Of a stretch of DNA of 64,000 nucleotides, positions 1 to 8,854 are shown piece by piece. Made by a program: the position numbers and the translations under genes. The notes under the pieces are model-generated. The model saw nothing but the letters and a program-made list of their open reading frames with translations. It did no database searches and was not told the DNA's origin. Source of the DNA: Candidatus Woesearchaeota archaeon (GTDB lineage Archaea > Nanobdellota > Nanobdellia > Woesearchaeales > UBA10216); NCBI GenBank assembly GCA_016192915.1, contig JACPTF010000002.1:131530-195529 (forward strand). Reading direction: 5' to 3'. Position 1 is the stretch's first letter, and each line of letters starts with the position of its first letter.

Positions 1-34
1 GGCAGCGGCAGGGAAGCCACAAGGTAATGGAAGC

Positions 35-250
35 ATGAAAAACGTGAATGAAAGCGATGCTGATTTTGTAAGCAGAGGCAAACAGGAGATTTACAGGATA
101 ATAAAGGGGCTTGATGCCGGCAGAGGGGCTGACATGATAGAAGTGGTGGCAAAAGCAGCCGGCGGAAATTCCGAACAGCTTATAAAAGAGATGATACTGG
201 CCGGGGACATCTTTGAGATACTGCCTGGAAAGCTCAAGGTTCTGGAATAA
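35..250 (+). CDS. small hypothetical protein (71 aa), family not recognised
   Basis: Intact ORF directly upstream of aIF2-beta on the same strand, with K/E-rich composition typical of the other CDSs here. Confidence 0.4.
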   Translation: MKNVNESDADFVSRGKQEIYRIIKGLDAGRGADMIEVVAKAAGGNSEQLIKEMILAGDIFEILPGKLKVLE

Positions 251-293
251 TAAGGCATAAGCTTTAAAATAGCGCAAAGTTCTCGGCTGCCTT

Positions 294-710
294 ATGACTG
301 CACAAACTTATGAAGGACTGCTGAAAAGGGCCCAGGAGCTGCTGCCGCAGAAAACACTGGCGACGGAAAGGCTTGAGGTGCCAAAGGTGCTCGGCCACAT
401 ACAGGGGAACAGAACAGTAGTGAGCAATTTCCACAACATAGCTGGCGTTATAGGGAGGCCTCTGGACCATTTCCTGAAGTACATGCTAAAGGAGCTCGCA
501 ACATCAGGGGAAATCACTAAAACAGCGCTGATTCTGGGCACAAAAGTGCCTGCATCAAGAATAAACGATAAAGTCCAGCAGTACCTAAAGGACTTTGTGG
601 TATGCCCGGAGTGCAAGAGGCCAGACACAAAGCTGGAAAAAGAAGACAACGTGACATTCATAAAGTGCTCTGCCTGCGGTGCAAGGCACGCTGTCAAGGT
701 AAGAATCTAA
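294..710 (+). CDS. translation initiation factor aIF-2 beta subunit
   Basis: 138 aa with C-terminal C4 zinc ribbon CPECxxPDT...CSACG. Length and motif layout match the eIF2-beta/eIF5 family. Confidence 0.85.
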   Translation: MTAQTYEGLLKRAQELLPQKTLATERLEVPKVLGHIQGNRTVVSNFHNIAGVIGRPLDHFLKYMLKELATSGEITKTALILGTKVPASRINDKVQQYLKDFVVCPECKRPDTKLEKEDNVTFIKCSACGARHAVKVRI

Positions 711-717
711 AGGAAAA

Positions 718-1020
718 ATGCCAGGAACATTCATAGTTGCACAGCACAATTCCGAAGGAAGGCTCATTCTCACAGTCTGCGACAAGGAAGTGCGCGGCAA
801 AAGGCTTGAAGACAAGGAGGCTGTGCTTGATTTGAACTCAAAATTCTACCATGGCGAGGAAAAAGACGCGAAGGTTATTGAAAAGCTTATGCTGCGCGCC
901 TACACAATCCACGTTGTTGGGAAGAATGCTGTTGCACTCGCGATTAAACTTGGCCTGGCAGCAAAAGAAAACGTAAAAACTGTCGATGGAGTGCCGCACG
1001 TGCAGGTTTTAATGTTGTGA
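718..1020 (+). CDS. DUF424-family protein (conserved partner of aIF2-beta)
   Basis: 100 aa, immediately downstream of aIF2-beta as is typical in archaea. N-terminal IVAQHNSEGRLILTVCD pattern fits DUF424. Confidence 0.55.
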   Translation: MPGTFIVAQHNSEGRLILTVCDKEVRGKRLEDKEAVLDLNSKFYHGEEKDAKVIEKLMLRAYTIHVVGKNAVALAIKLGLAAKENVKTVDGVPHVQVLML

Positions 1021-1068
1021 TTATAGCAAATCACTTAAGTTTTCGTATCTTTTCAAGTGAGTTGCTAT

Positions 1069-1112
1069 TAGGCAATAACAGATGGATATGCGGTTATTAA
1101 TGTTATTGCCTA
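1069..1112. terminator. bidirectional hairpin between convergent genes (12-bp perfect inverted repeat TAGGCAATAACA / TGTTATTGCCTA, 20-nt loop)
   Basis: The inverted repeat is visible in the sequence, and it sits between the + strand DUF424 stop and the - strand PolD stop. Confidence 0.4.
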
Positions 1113-1124
1113 TAAGTTGTGATA

Positions 1125-4100
1125 CTACCCAAACCACTTCCCAAGCCCTTCCTGCTTCTCCTTATCCCTTCCAAATACAGACTCAACCCTCTTTTTTGTA
1201 AGGTCCAGAACCTGCAAGAGGTAGGGTGAAACAGCGTACTTGCCGGCAAGGCTGATTGCAGGCTCAAGGTACTTTATGATAGAGCCTTCGGAGATGGTAA
1301 AAAGGATTTTGCCGCTGCATTGGTCACAGACTCCGGCAAGGGGGGGCCTCCTGAATTTTGTGTTGCATTTGATGCACCTGAATTGTTGGGTTGAGAATTT
1401 CCTAAGGTTGCCGCGGACGTCCTTAAGGAGATGCTTTTCTATAACCAGCCTGGCAACGTCCTGCGCGTCAACGGCCCGTATTTTTTCGGCAAGAGCCATC
1501 TGGCCCTTAAGCTTCTCCTCCATTGAAGGGATGGTTTTGTAGGCAGAACATGTAACCCCTATATTGATGCTGGAAAGAGTATGCGTAAAGCCAACCCCTT
1601 CATATTGCTTAGGCGTGTTAAGGCGGGAACCAAGCAGCTCAATCTTAACATCCTGGGGCTGCTTCCACTGCATCGCTGCCTCGTACAGCTCAAGAGGGTA
1701 GTGCCATGCGACATCAAACCTGTGGGCCATGTCATCGACTTCGGCAGGAATAAGCCTTGAAGTCAGGACAAGAGGGCTATCCATTGTCTTTGCACCTCTC
1801 GAATCAGGGAGGAACTGCCTCGAGAAGTTAATAAGCGCGTCAAGCAGAAGGATGACACACGCCTCATCACCATCAGCGTCCCTTCTCATTGCAGCGTGGA
1901 AAAGAGGATGGGCGAAGAAAGCCTGGGTGCTCGAAAAACCCACTATCCTGCCAACAATTCCCGCAGATATGTGCGGGGCAAGCCCTATGACGAGATGCCC
2001 GACAAGGTCCTCTTTTGAATCAAGCCTGTAAAACGGCTCTTCCTTGTAAAATTTCATGAGAAGCTCATCAACAAACTGGGAAATCCTGAAGAGAACGGCA
2101 TCAGAGCTTTCGTCAGTTGAATCGGGGCTGGAAGGAAGAATAACATCCTGGGGCTTCAGCTCGAGCACCTGATGCTCTCCTGTGAGGGGAGTGCCATGAA
2201 TGTCCATTCTGTAGCCAAGGGCTAAAAGCTTCTGGACAGGTGTTCTGACTTCGGCTGGCGTAAAATGAGTCAGGGGAAGCTCGCTCATATCATAACGGAC
2301 AGTGCCGTCTTTGTTAACACACAGCTCGTGCTTGGCCCGGAGCACCCCCTTTGCAAGGTTTTCGGGGGTGTGATTCTTGTTTGAAGTGCCCCTGACTCCC
2401 TTAATTAGGTCAGAATGGGTTGTTTCTGCAAGTGTTTTAAGGGCCACATCTAAAAAATGCTTTATTTGCAGAGGCCTTGTTGAGTAAGTTTTGTTGGCGT
2501 GCGGGCACTTTTCAATAACGCCACACTTCTCGCAGAAAAGCATCCTTTTTGTTTTATTGCCGCAGTTCTCACAAACAGGATATATTGTCTGGGAATTGCA
2601 GCTTGGGCAGGCAGCAATCGGGAAATCAGCTGTCACCTTCCCTGCAGCAATAGCTTCCTGAAAAGAGCGAAGGCGGCCGCCTTCATCACCAACAGGGAAA
2701 AGAACGTGGGGGCTTCCCGTAAGCTTTCGCATCTTTGCCTTCTCAGGCCTGCCCATCCTTGCACCGATAAAAGTGCCTCCCTTGTCCCTCACCTGAAAAA
2801 CAGAAAGCTTTCTTACAAGGTCCAAACCGGTTTGCGGTTGCTGCAAATCGGCAGTAGCCGATTCAGCATCGGCAGCAGCCGATGCGTATCGACCCGAGGT
2901 CGATAGCACATTCCGCATTGCGGAATTGTGCTGTAGCTGCGATGGCTGAACTGCCGAAATTGAAGCACTAATGATGCTTGCCTTCCCCGAAATGACATCA
3001 GAAAACGAGGCTGATGTTTCAGTTGAAAAGAGGAGGGTTCTAACATCAATTCCCAACTGGAGCAGGAGCATTATGACGTCGTTGTGGGCTACAACAACAA
3101 ACTCATTATTAACAAAAAGGTGGGGGAGGCCTAAAAGTTCGAGGGCCCTCTTGCCTGTTTTATCCTGTGAGGAAGACCCGGCAGAAACTACGAGTTTAAC
3201 CTTCCCCACCTCAAAAATAAGCCGTGCCTTTGCAAGAAGGTTAAGCATGGCAACAAACTGCCCGCTATCCAGTGCTGACCAAAAATAAGTGTAAAATGGG
3301 TGGATTGGAACGGCGAGGGCTTCACAAAAGCGAATCGCGGCTTCGGCAGAAGGCTTTTCAAAAGGCGGGGAAAGCAACGCCTGAACTTCGTGCTCTGGCA
3401 GCAAAAGCGCGCTTGCGGCATAGGCAAACGTAAAAGCCCCAAACTTATCGAGCACTGACTTTTTGGCTTCTTCAGCGAACCATTCTTCACAGTACCCCGG
3501 GGGCACAAGCATATGGGCTCGGTCAAAGAAATCACCGTACGAGATAAGAAGGTCGCCCAGGTAAAGAATCTCAGAGACAAATGGTGCTTGCGCTCGGGCA
3601 GTGCTTTCAGAGTCAAACCTGGCAACAGAGCCATCCATCAAGCGAACAATAGGGCCATCTATCGAATCGCAAGGGGTTATTGCCGCGGCTTTGCCGGGGC
3701 GTTCAACCTTAAGCTGGGTTCCTGTGGCAACAAACCTGTCGAGTACAATCATGGTTGCAGGGCTAATGCCTGCAGCAGAATAGCCGCTTGCGCGAGTCTT
3801 GCCGTACCTCAGCCTAAAACCGCCGTGCCTGAGAGGGTGCGTTATGACAGGCCTGCCTGCAACAAGGTCTGAAATAAAAGTGTAATCGGGAGCGAGTTTC
3901 TTGGAATCATCGCTTTTCTCCTTGCTCATGCTTTTCTTTTTCTTTTGCAAGGCAATAAACTTCTCAAGAAAGGACCAGTCAATGTCAAAACCGCCTTTTA
4001 ACTGGATGCGCTTCAGCTCCTTCCAAAGTTTGGGTGCCTTAAAGGCAAGCATTGAAACAACAAGGCACACCCCTCCCCTAATCCTGTTGGTGCTTACTCT

Positions 4101-4829
4101 TGGAAGGTCTTTGTAATTGCTGACCTCAAACTTCTCAGTAGGATCACCATCAACCTCGATTGGGCAGTTTTTAACCAAAAACTCAATCTCATCCTCGCTA
4201 GCCTTGTACTGGAGGTTTGTAATGCGCTCATGGTAATCATCAAGCTCCGAAACAAAACGCTTAGCCTCAAGCTCGTCAGGATCGTAAGCCTCAAAGCCTG
4301 CCCTTCTTCTGAGAAAATCAGCTATAACAAGGCAAAAAGCGGCTGCTGTGCCGCCTGCCCCCCTTATAGGCCCTGCAAAAACAGCTGCAAAGTAATCCTT
4401 GCCATCCTTTCGCTTCTTAATCTTAAGCTCAATAAAGCCCTCAAGAGGCGCAGAAACAACGCCAGTCGTATGATAAGCAAATCCAACCCTGATGCCTGTT
4501 TCCAAGGCTTCACGCTTGTCCTTAAACGAACAGAATTTGCCATCTGCAACCTCGGCTGCGATTGTCAGGGCAACTTCCCAGGCAAGTGCGCCATACTGCC
4601 TCTCCAGATCCTGAATCCTTTCAGCAACACCACCCCCGGCCAGGGCCGGAACTACGGCAGAGACAAGGCCAACGACCCTCTCGGCAAGGTTTGATGCAAG
4701 AGGAATATCAACGACAGGCTCAGGATCCTGCCCTTTTGACCTAGCACTCTTCGCAACAGCATAACAACGCCTAAGCTTTTCATCAATCTCCAGAAAGTAC
4801 TCATCAATTTCAGTGCTCGTGCCTTTCAT
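1125..4829 (-). CDS. polD: DNA polymerase II (PolD) large subunit DP2, carrying an in-frame repeat-element insertion (see findings)
   Basis: 1234 aa containing the conserved GARMGRPEKA segment and Cys clusters (CPSCN...CENCG, CEKCG...C). It lies in the canonical cdc6-dp1-dp2 arrangement. Confidence 0.93.
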   Translation of the reverse strand: MKGTSTEIDEYFLEIDEKLRRCYAVAKSARSKGQDPEPVVDIPLASNLAERVVGLVSAVVPALAGGGVAERIQDLERQYGALAWEVALTIAAEVADGKFCSFKDKREALETGIRVGFAYHTTGVVSAPLEGFIELKIKKRKDGKDYFAAVFAGPIRGAGGTAAAFCLVIADFLRRRAGFEAYDPDELEAKRFVSELDDYHERITNLQYKASEDEIEFLVKNCPIEVDGDPTEKFEVSNYKDLPRVSTNRIRGGVCLVVSMLAFKAPKLWKELKRIQLKGGFDIDWSFLEKFIALQKKKKSMSKEKSDDSKKLAPDYTFISDLVAGRPVITHPLRHGGFRLRYGKTRASGYSAAGISPATMIVLDRFVATGTQLKVERPGKAAAITPCDSIDGPIVRLMDGSVARFDSESTARAQAPFVSEILYLGDLLISYGDFFDRAHMLVPPGYCEEWFAEEAKKSVLDKFGAFTFAYAASALLLPEHEVQALLSPPFEKPSAEAAIRFCEALAVPIHPFYTYFWSALDSGQFVAMLNLLAKARLIFEVGKVKLVVSAGSSSQDKTGKRALELLGLPHLFVNNEFVVVAHNDVIMLLLQLGIDVRTLLFSTETSASFSDVISGKASIISASISAVQPSQLQHNSAMRNVLSTSGRYASAAADAESATADLQQPQTGLDLVRKLSVFQVRDKGGTFIGARMGRPEKAKMRKLTGSPHVLFPVGDEGGRLRSFQEAIAAGKVTADFPIAACPSCNSQTIYPVCENCGNKTKRMLFCEKCGVIEKCPHANKTYSTRPLQIKHFLDVALKTLAETTHSDLIKGVRGTSNKNHTPENLAKGVLRAKHELCVNKDGTVRYDMSELPLTHFTPAEVRTPVQKLLALGYRMDIHGTPLTGEHQVLELKPQDVILPSSPDSTDESSDAVLFRISQFVDELLMKFYKEEPFYRLDSKEDLVGHLVIGLAPHISAGIVGRIVGFSSTQAFFAHPLFHAAMRRDADGDEACVILLLDALINFSRQFLPDSRGAKTMDSPLVLTSRLIPAEVDDMAHRFDVAWHYPLELYEAAMQWKQPQDVKIELLGSRLNTPKQYEGVGFTHTLSSINIGVTCSAYKTIPSMEEKLKGQMALAEKIRAVDAQDVARLVIEKHLLKDVRGNLRKFSTQQFRCIKCNTKFRRPPLAGVCDQCSGKILFTISEGSIIKYLEPAISLAGKYAVSPYLLQVLDLTKKRVESVFGRDKEKQEGLGKWFG

Positions 4830-4888
4830 TTTGGTTTATACCCCACTGCTTGCGGTGAATGAGTAAGTTTATGCCAATCATCAGTTGC

Positions 4889-6481
4889 CTACTTGCCAAA
4901 ATTAATAATCTTTGTAGCTCTTGTTTTCAAATTAAACACAGGCAGCCTTGAGGGTTGCGGGTTGTGCCCAAGGCGCTCCTGAAACTTTGTCTTTCCCTGC
5001 CAGCAGGAGCTGTTAATAAGGGCAATGCCCTTATAATCTGATACAGACGTGCGGTGTATGTGGCCGGTAGCGAATATGTCAGGCACAATTCCGATAAACA
5101 ACGGGTCAGATGCACGGTCAGGAAGTATCAATGTGGAAGTGTGGGCTGGCGCAAGGTGCCTCCGCTGCAGCAGAAATTTCATGATCATGTCAGCCCGCTC
5201 ATAACCTCCTTGGCGCCTTATGGAATCAACATTGGCAACATAATAGTCAAAGCTGTAGCCGTGGTAAAGCAACACGTCAAAGCCGGAAAAATTTTCTGAA
5301 GCATCGATGTTGACAATGGCAGGATTTGAAACAAGAACGGCGTTTGGCAGCTTGAGCAGGGGGGCTGCAAAATCGCCGGAAAAAGCTGCCTGAGGCTCTG
5401 CCGCCCTAACAGCATCGTGATTGCCTGGGGAGATGATTATTTTGATATGCCCAGGTATCTCTGAAAGAAAATCAGCACACATCCTGTACTGCTCTGTGGC
5501 GTCCTTAACTGAGAGCTCATCATACTGGTCCTGGTAAACTCCGACGCCGTCAACAACATCACCGGCAATAAGCACATATTTTACCTTGCTTGCAATCTCC
5601 TTCTGAACCGGATTGCCTAAGCCTCCATTAATCCACTTCAAAAATTTCCTAAAATCTTCCTCAAGAAACTGCGAAGAACCAATATGGAGATCTGACATAA
5701 AAACAGCGTAGCCCTCGTTGGGAGAATGTTTTTGCTCCCTTAAAGGGACATCTGGCAGAACAATGTTTGACGCAAAAAGCGCTCCGTTACGGAAATTGCC
5801 AGTGATCGCTATGACTTCATCAAACACAAGGTCTTGGGCAAGATTAAATATCTCTCTGCGCGTCTTGTTGACAATAACGTTGGTGACTCCTGTAGGGTCC
5901 TCAAGCACAACAACCTGGTGGCCTTGCTTCGTCTGCTGTTTGCCCTTCACCATGCCTATAATTGCAACAGACTCTGCAGCCCCCCCATTCTTGAGGCGGC
6001 TGATTTGCACAAGGTTTGCAAGCTCAGGCCTTGGAGACAAAATGCCCCGGATTGCCTTATAACGGGCAGAGTAATAGCCGACAAAATCACTAACCTCTCT
6101 TTTCGCAGGGGATGCCGCATAAGAGAACACGACCTTGACCGGCGAATCGTCAATTGCTGCAGCCCCGGCCGCTTTTCTAACCCCCCATTGATTCTGAGAA
6201 AAAAGCGTTTCTAGAAATGCGGCATAAACTTCAGGCTTCTGCTTCTTTTCTGAAAGAACCCTGTAACGCTCAAGCTCGAGCCAGTTAACATCAGGCTCGT
6301 TCCTCTTTAAAAGGAGGCCAACATCCTTGTTAACAACCAGAAAGCTGCCGGAAGTGCTATTGATGAGGCTTTGAATATCAAGCGGGCTTGCCTGCTCAAT
6401 CACATCCAAAAAATCAGGGCTGACAAGGATGTTCTGCCTGAGTAGTTCATCTACGCCACTTCGCTTCTTATCAATAGCCAA
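4889..6481 (-). CDS. DNA polymerase II (PolD) small subunit DP1 (Mre11-like phosphoesterase)
   Basis: 530 aa with calcineurin-like phosphoesterase motifs (GDVVDG, GNHD, GHIH) and an N-terminal DP1 domain. Located between cdc6 and dp2. Confidence 0.9.
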   Translation of the reverse strand: MAIDKKRSGVDELLRQNILVSPDFLDVIEQASPLDIQSLINSTSGSFLVVNKDVGLLLKRNEPDVNWLELERYRVLSEKKQKPEVYAAFLETLFSQNQWGVRKAAGAAAIDDSPVKVVFSYAASPAKREVSDFVGYYSARYKAIRGILSPRPELANLVQISRLKNGGAAESVAIIGMVKGKQQTKQGHQVVVLEDPTGVTNVIVNKTRREIFNLAQDLVFDEVIAITGNFRNGALFASNIVLPDVPLREQKHSPNEGYAVFMSDLHIGSSQFLEEDFRKFLKWINGGLGNPVQKEIASKVKYVLIAGDVVDGVGVYQDQYDELSVKDATEQYRMCADFLSEIPGHIKIIISPGNHDAVRAAEPQAAFSGDFAAPLLKLPNAVLVSNPAIVNIDASENFSGFDVLLYHGYSFDYYVANVDSIRRQGGYERADMIMKFLLQRRHLAPAHTSTLILPDRASDPLFIGIVPDIFATGHIHRTSVSDYKGIALINSSCWQGKTKFQERLGHNPQPSRLPVFNLKTRATKIINFGK

Positions 6482-6544
6482 GCTGCCCCACTCCGTCCTT
6501 TTGAAAATGCCACATTGTGTTAAATAAATATCACATTGGATAAA

Positions 6545-7753
6545 TCAAAGGTTTAAAGACTCTTCCAAGATTCTCTTGACGGCAGGTGTTGTTGCCTGCT
6601 GGGCAAGCATAATCTCCCTTGTACGGCCATACCTGCCTTTAGAGATGACCCTTGCCGTAATAATGCCAAGCATGTCAAACTCAGACAAAATATCAGATAG
6701 GCGGCGCTGGGTGAGGGGCCTTAAACCAACCTCTACACAGTACTTCTTATACATCTCGTAAACCTCACCAGTAAAAATAAACTTGTTGGTGCCATTGCTG
6801 ATAGAGACAACAGAGTACAAAACCAGCTGGGCCTGCCTGGGCTGTGTTATAACCAAATCAACTATTTTGTCCTTCTCGATCTTTTCCTCTGCAGCATCAA
6901 CATCAGAGATTCCCACAGTAGCAACACTTCTCCTGTCAGCCAACTCTCCAGCCACCCTTAACAACTCAAGTGCCCTGCGGGCATCACCGTGCTCCCTCGC
7001 AGCAAAGGCGGCACACTTCTCTACCACACCAGACTCAACAGCCCCCTTCCTGAAAGCAATAGCAGAACGGCTGAGCAGAAGGTCCTGCAGCTGAAGGGCA
7101 TTGTATGGGGGGAACAAAAGTTCCTCTTCAGAAAGGGATGATTTCACCCTCGGATCGAGATTATCAACAAACAACAAATCATTGGAAATTCCTATTAATG
7201 AAATTTGTGAGTTTTTAAGTTCTTCGTTTATTCTTGTGAGGTTGTATAAAACATCATCGCCGGCCTTTTTCACAAGCTGATCAATCTCATCCAAGATAAG
7301 AATCACAAGCTGTTTCTCTGAGTCAACAGTAGAAAAAAAAGCCTTATAAATATCCTCGGTGGGGAGACCTGTGGATGGGAGGGGCTTGCCAAGTTGCCTC
7401 GCGAGGCTTGCAATAAGCCTGTATTCGGTGTCTGCAACGTTCTTGAGCTTGCAGTTAACATAAATCTTTTGCAAAGAAACAGATTCGTTTTTGGCAACAA
7501 AAACCAACCTGTCTGTGGTGTGTTTCACTGTAAGGGTTTTGCCTGTGCCGGTTTTGCCATAAACAAAAAGGTTAGAAGGTCTTTCAAACCGCAAAGCAGG
7601 CGCAATTACAGAGGCAATCTGACGCACCTGGTCATCACGGTGAACAATCTCATCAGGAACGAAAGCGACCTGGAGTGATTGTTTATTGACAAACACAGAC
7701 TCTTTTTTAAGATAGTTTTGAAAAAAAACATCAAGGTTTTTTTCCTTCGCCAC
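6545..7753 (-). CDS. cdc6: Orc1/Cdc6 replication initiator, probable GTG start at 7753; the longer ORF to 7897 is a low-complexity extension
   Basis: Walker A GKTGTGKT, Walker B ILDEID and a C-terminal winged helix. The typical N-terminus ...KESVFVNKQSL...VPDEIVHRDDQ begins about 48 codons inside the maximal ORF, where an in-frame GTG is preceded by GGTGGTGAG. Confidence 0.85.
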   Translation of the reverse strand: MAKEKNLDVFFQNYLKKESVFVNKQSLQVAFVPDEIVHRDDQVRQIASVIAPALRFERPSNLFVYGKTGTGKTLTVKHTTDRLVFVAKNESVSLQKIYVNCKLKNVADTEYRLIASLARQLGKPLPSTGLPTEDIYKAFFSTVDSEKQLVILILDEIDQLVKKAGDDVLYNLTRINEELKNSQISLIGISNDLLFVDNLDPRVKSSLSEEELLFPPYNALQLQDLLLSRSAIAFRKGAVESGVVEKCAAFAAREHGDARRALELLRVAGELADRRSVATVGISDVDAAEEKIEKDKIVDLVITQPRQAQLVLYSVVSISNGTNKFIFTGEVYEMYKKYCVEVGLRPLTQRRLSDILSEFDMLGIITARVISKGRYGRTREIMLAQQATTPAVKRILEESLNL

Positions 7754-8016
7754 AATCTCACCACCATTTCCTATGGAAAAGCACAGAGCTCCCTTAATAA
7801 AAATTTTGATTGTGAAAAATATACAATCAAAAACAACATCAGAACTATTCGACGAAAAACAACAAAACACACCATTAATTCTATATTGAATTATCATAAA
7901 CCTGTTTGGTTTTGGGTAGTGGTTTCCACAAGAAACTAAGGGGTGATGGGGGTTTTGTTACTCATAAATAATAAAAAAAGGAAAGGTTTAAATATGGCGT
8001 TTCATTCCCACCCCCT
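7754..8016. promoter_or_regulatory. candidate replication origin (oriC) with ORB-like element and AT-rich DUE
   Basis: ORB-like TTCCACAAGAAAC followed by a G-string (GGGGTGATGGGGG) at 7924-7952, a dyad TTTCCTATGGAAA at 7766-7780, and AT-rich stretches at 7795-7840 and 7960-7995. All of this lies immediately upstream of cdc6 in the cdc6-polD cluster, where Pyrococcus keeps its origin. Confidence 0.5.
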
Positions 8017-8817
8017 ATGTTGATGCAGAACGAGATAATTAACCAACTGAAAGATATTGGGTTGAATAGCTACGAATCTAAACTGTGGCTCGCGTTACTG
8101 TCAAAAGGGATTGCCGCTGCCGGTGAGCTTTCTGATATTGCTAATGTTCCCAGGAGCAGGAGCTATGATGTTTTGGAGAGTTTGGAAAAGAAGGGGTTTA
8201 TAATTCTGAAGATTGGCAAGCCGATAAAGTACATTGCGGTGCCGCCCGGCCACGTCATTGATATTGTCAGGAAGAAACTGATAGAGGATGCAGATAATCA
8301 TGATAAATTTTTGAGTAAAATTGAGCAAAGCCCACTCATTGATGAACTGAAAGGTGTTTATAAAAGTGGCATAAGGGAGATTGACCCCCTTGAGCTTACA
8401 GGCAGTGTACGGGGCAGGAAAAACCTTTACCATCATCTTGACAGGATGATAAAAAATGCCGAGAAGAGTGTTATAATAATGACTACGTCTTCAGGCATTT
8501 TGAGAAAAAAGAATGCCTTAAGCACAGCCTTTAAGAAGGCAAAGGAAAGGCGGGTGAAAATAAAGATTGCAGCCAACATTACAAATGATGTCAGACCCCA
8601 GATTGAAGAGCTGGCAGGCCTTGTTGAGCTAAGGCAGGCAAACACCCCAGCAAGATTTTGTGTTGTTGATGGGAAAGAAGTCGTGCTTATGCCTCTTGAT
8701 GACGAACTCACAAACCCCGCGTCTGACGTCGGAATTTGGGTGAGGTCTAAATTTTTTGCTTCAACTTTCGAGAAGATGTTTGAGGTAGCATGGCCAACAC
8801 TCAAGCAGGCGTTTTAG
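8017..8817 (+). CDS. TrmB-family transcriptional regulator (paralog 1)
   Basis: N-terminal HTH ...SYESKLWLALLSKGIAAAGELSDIANVPRSRSYDVLESLEKKGF..., a TrmB signature, plus a C-terminal effector-like domain. Confidence 0.8.
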   Translation: MLMQNEIINQLKDIGLNSYESKLWLALLSKGIAAAGELSDIANVPRSRSYDVLESLEKKGFIILKIGKPIKYIAVPPGHVIDIVRKKLIEDADNHDKFLSKIEQSPLIDELKGVYKSGIREIDPLELTGSVRGRKNLYHHLDRMIKNAEKSVIIMTTSSGILRKKNALSTAFKKAKERRVKIKIAANITNDVRPQIEELAGLVELRQANTPARFCVVDGKEVVLMPLDDELTNPASDVGIWVRSKFFASTFEKMFEVAWPTLKQAF

Positions 8818-8854
8818 GAAAAATTATAAATGGATTTACCAGCTAAAAAGCATA

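Noticed and set aside
1240-4744. Numerous 60-170-aa ORFs antisense to or out of frame within polD, the RNR, the coiled-coil gene, sufS and others (for example 2499-2906, 3188-3634, 24463-24966, 26110-26622, 54124-54441).
   Set aside because: They are fully embedded in long genes that carry clear family signatures and have low-complexity or Ser/Cys/Leu-rich translations typical of shadow frames.
1125-4829. Intein in PolD DP2 or RFC small subunit.
   Set aside because: Both proteins are near canonical length with uninterrupted conserved motifs. The only extra segment in DP2 corresponds to the hairpin repeat element, not a Hint domain.
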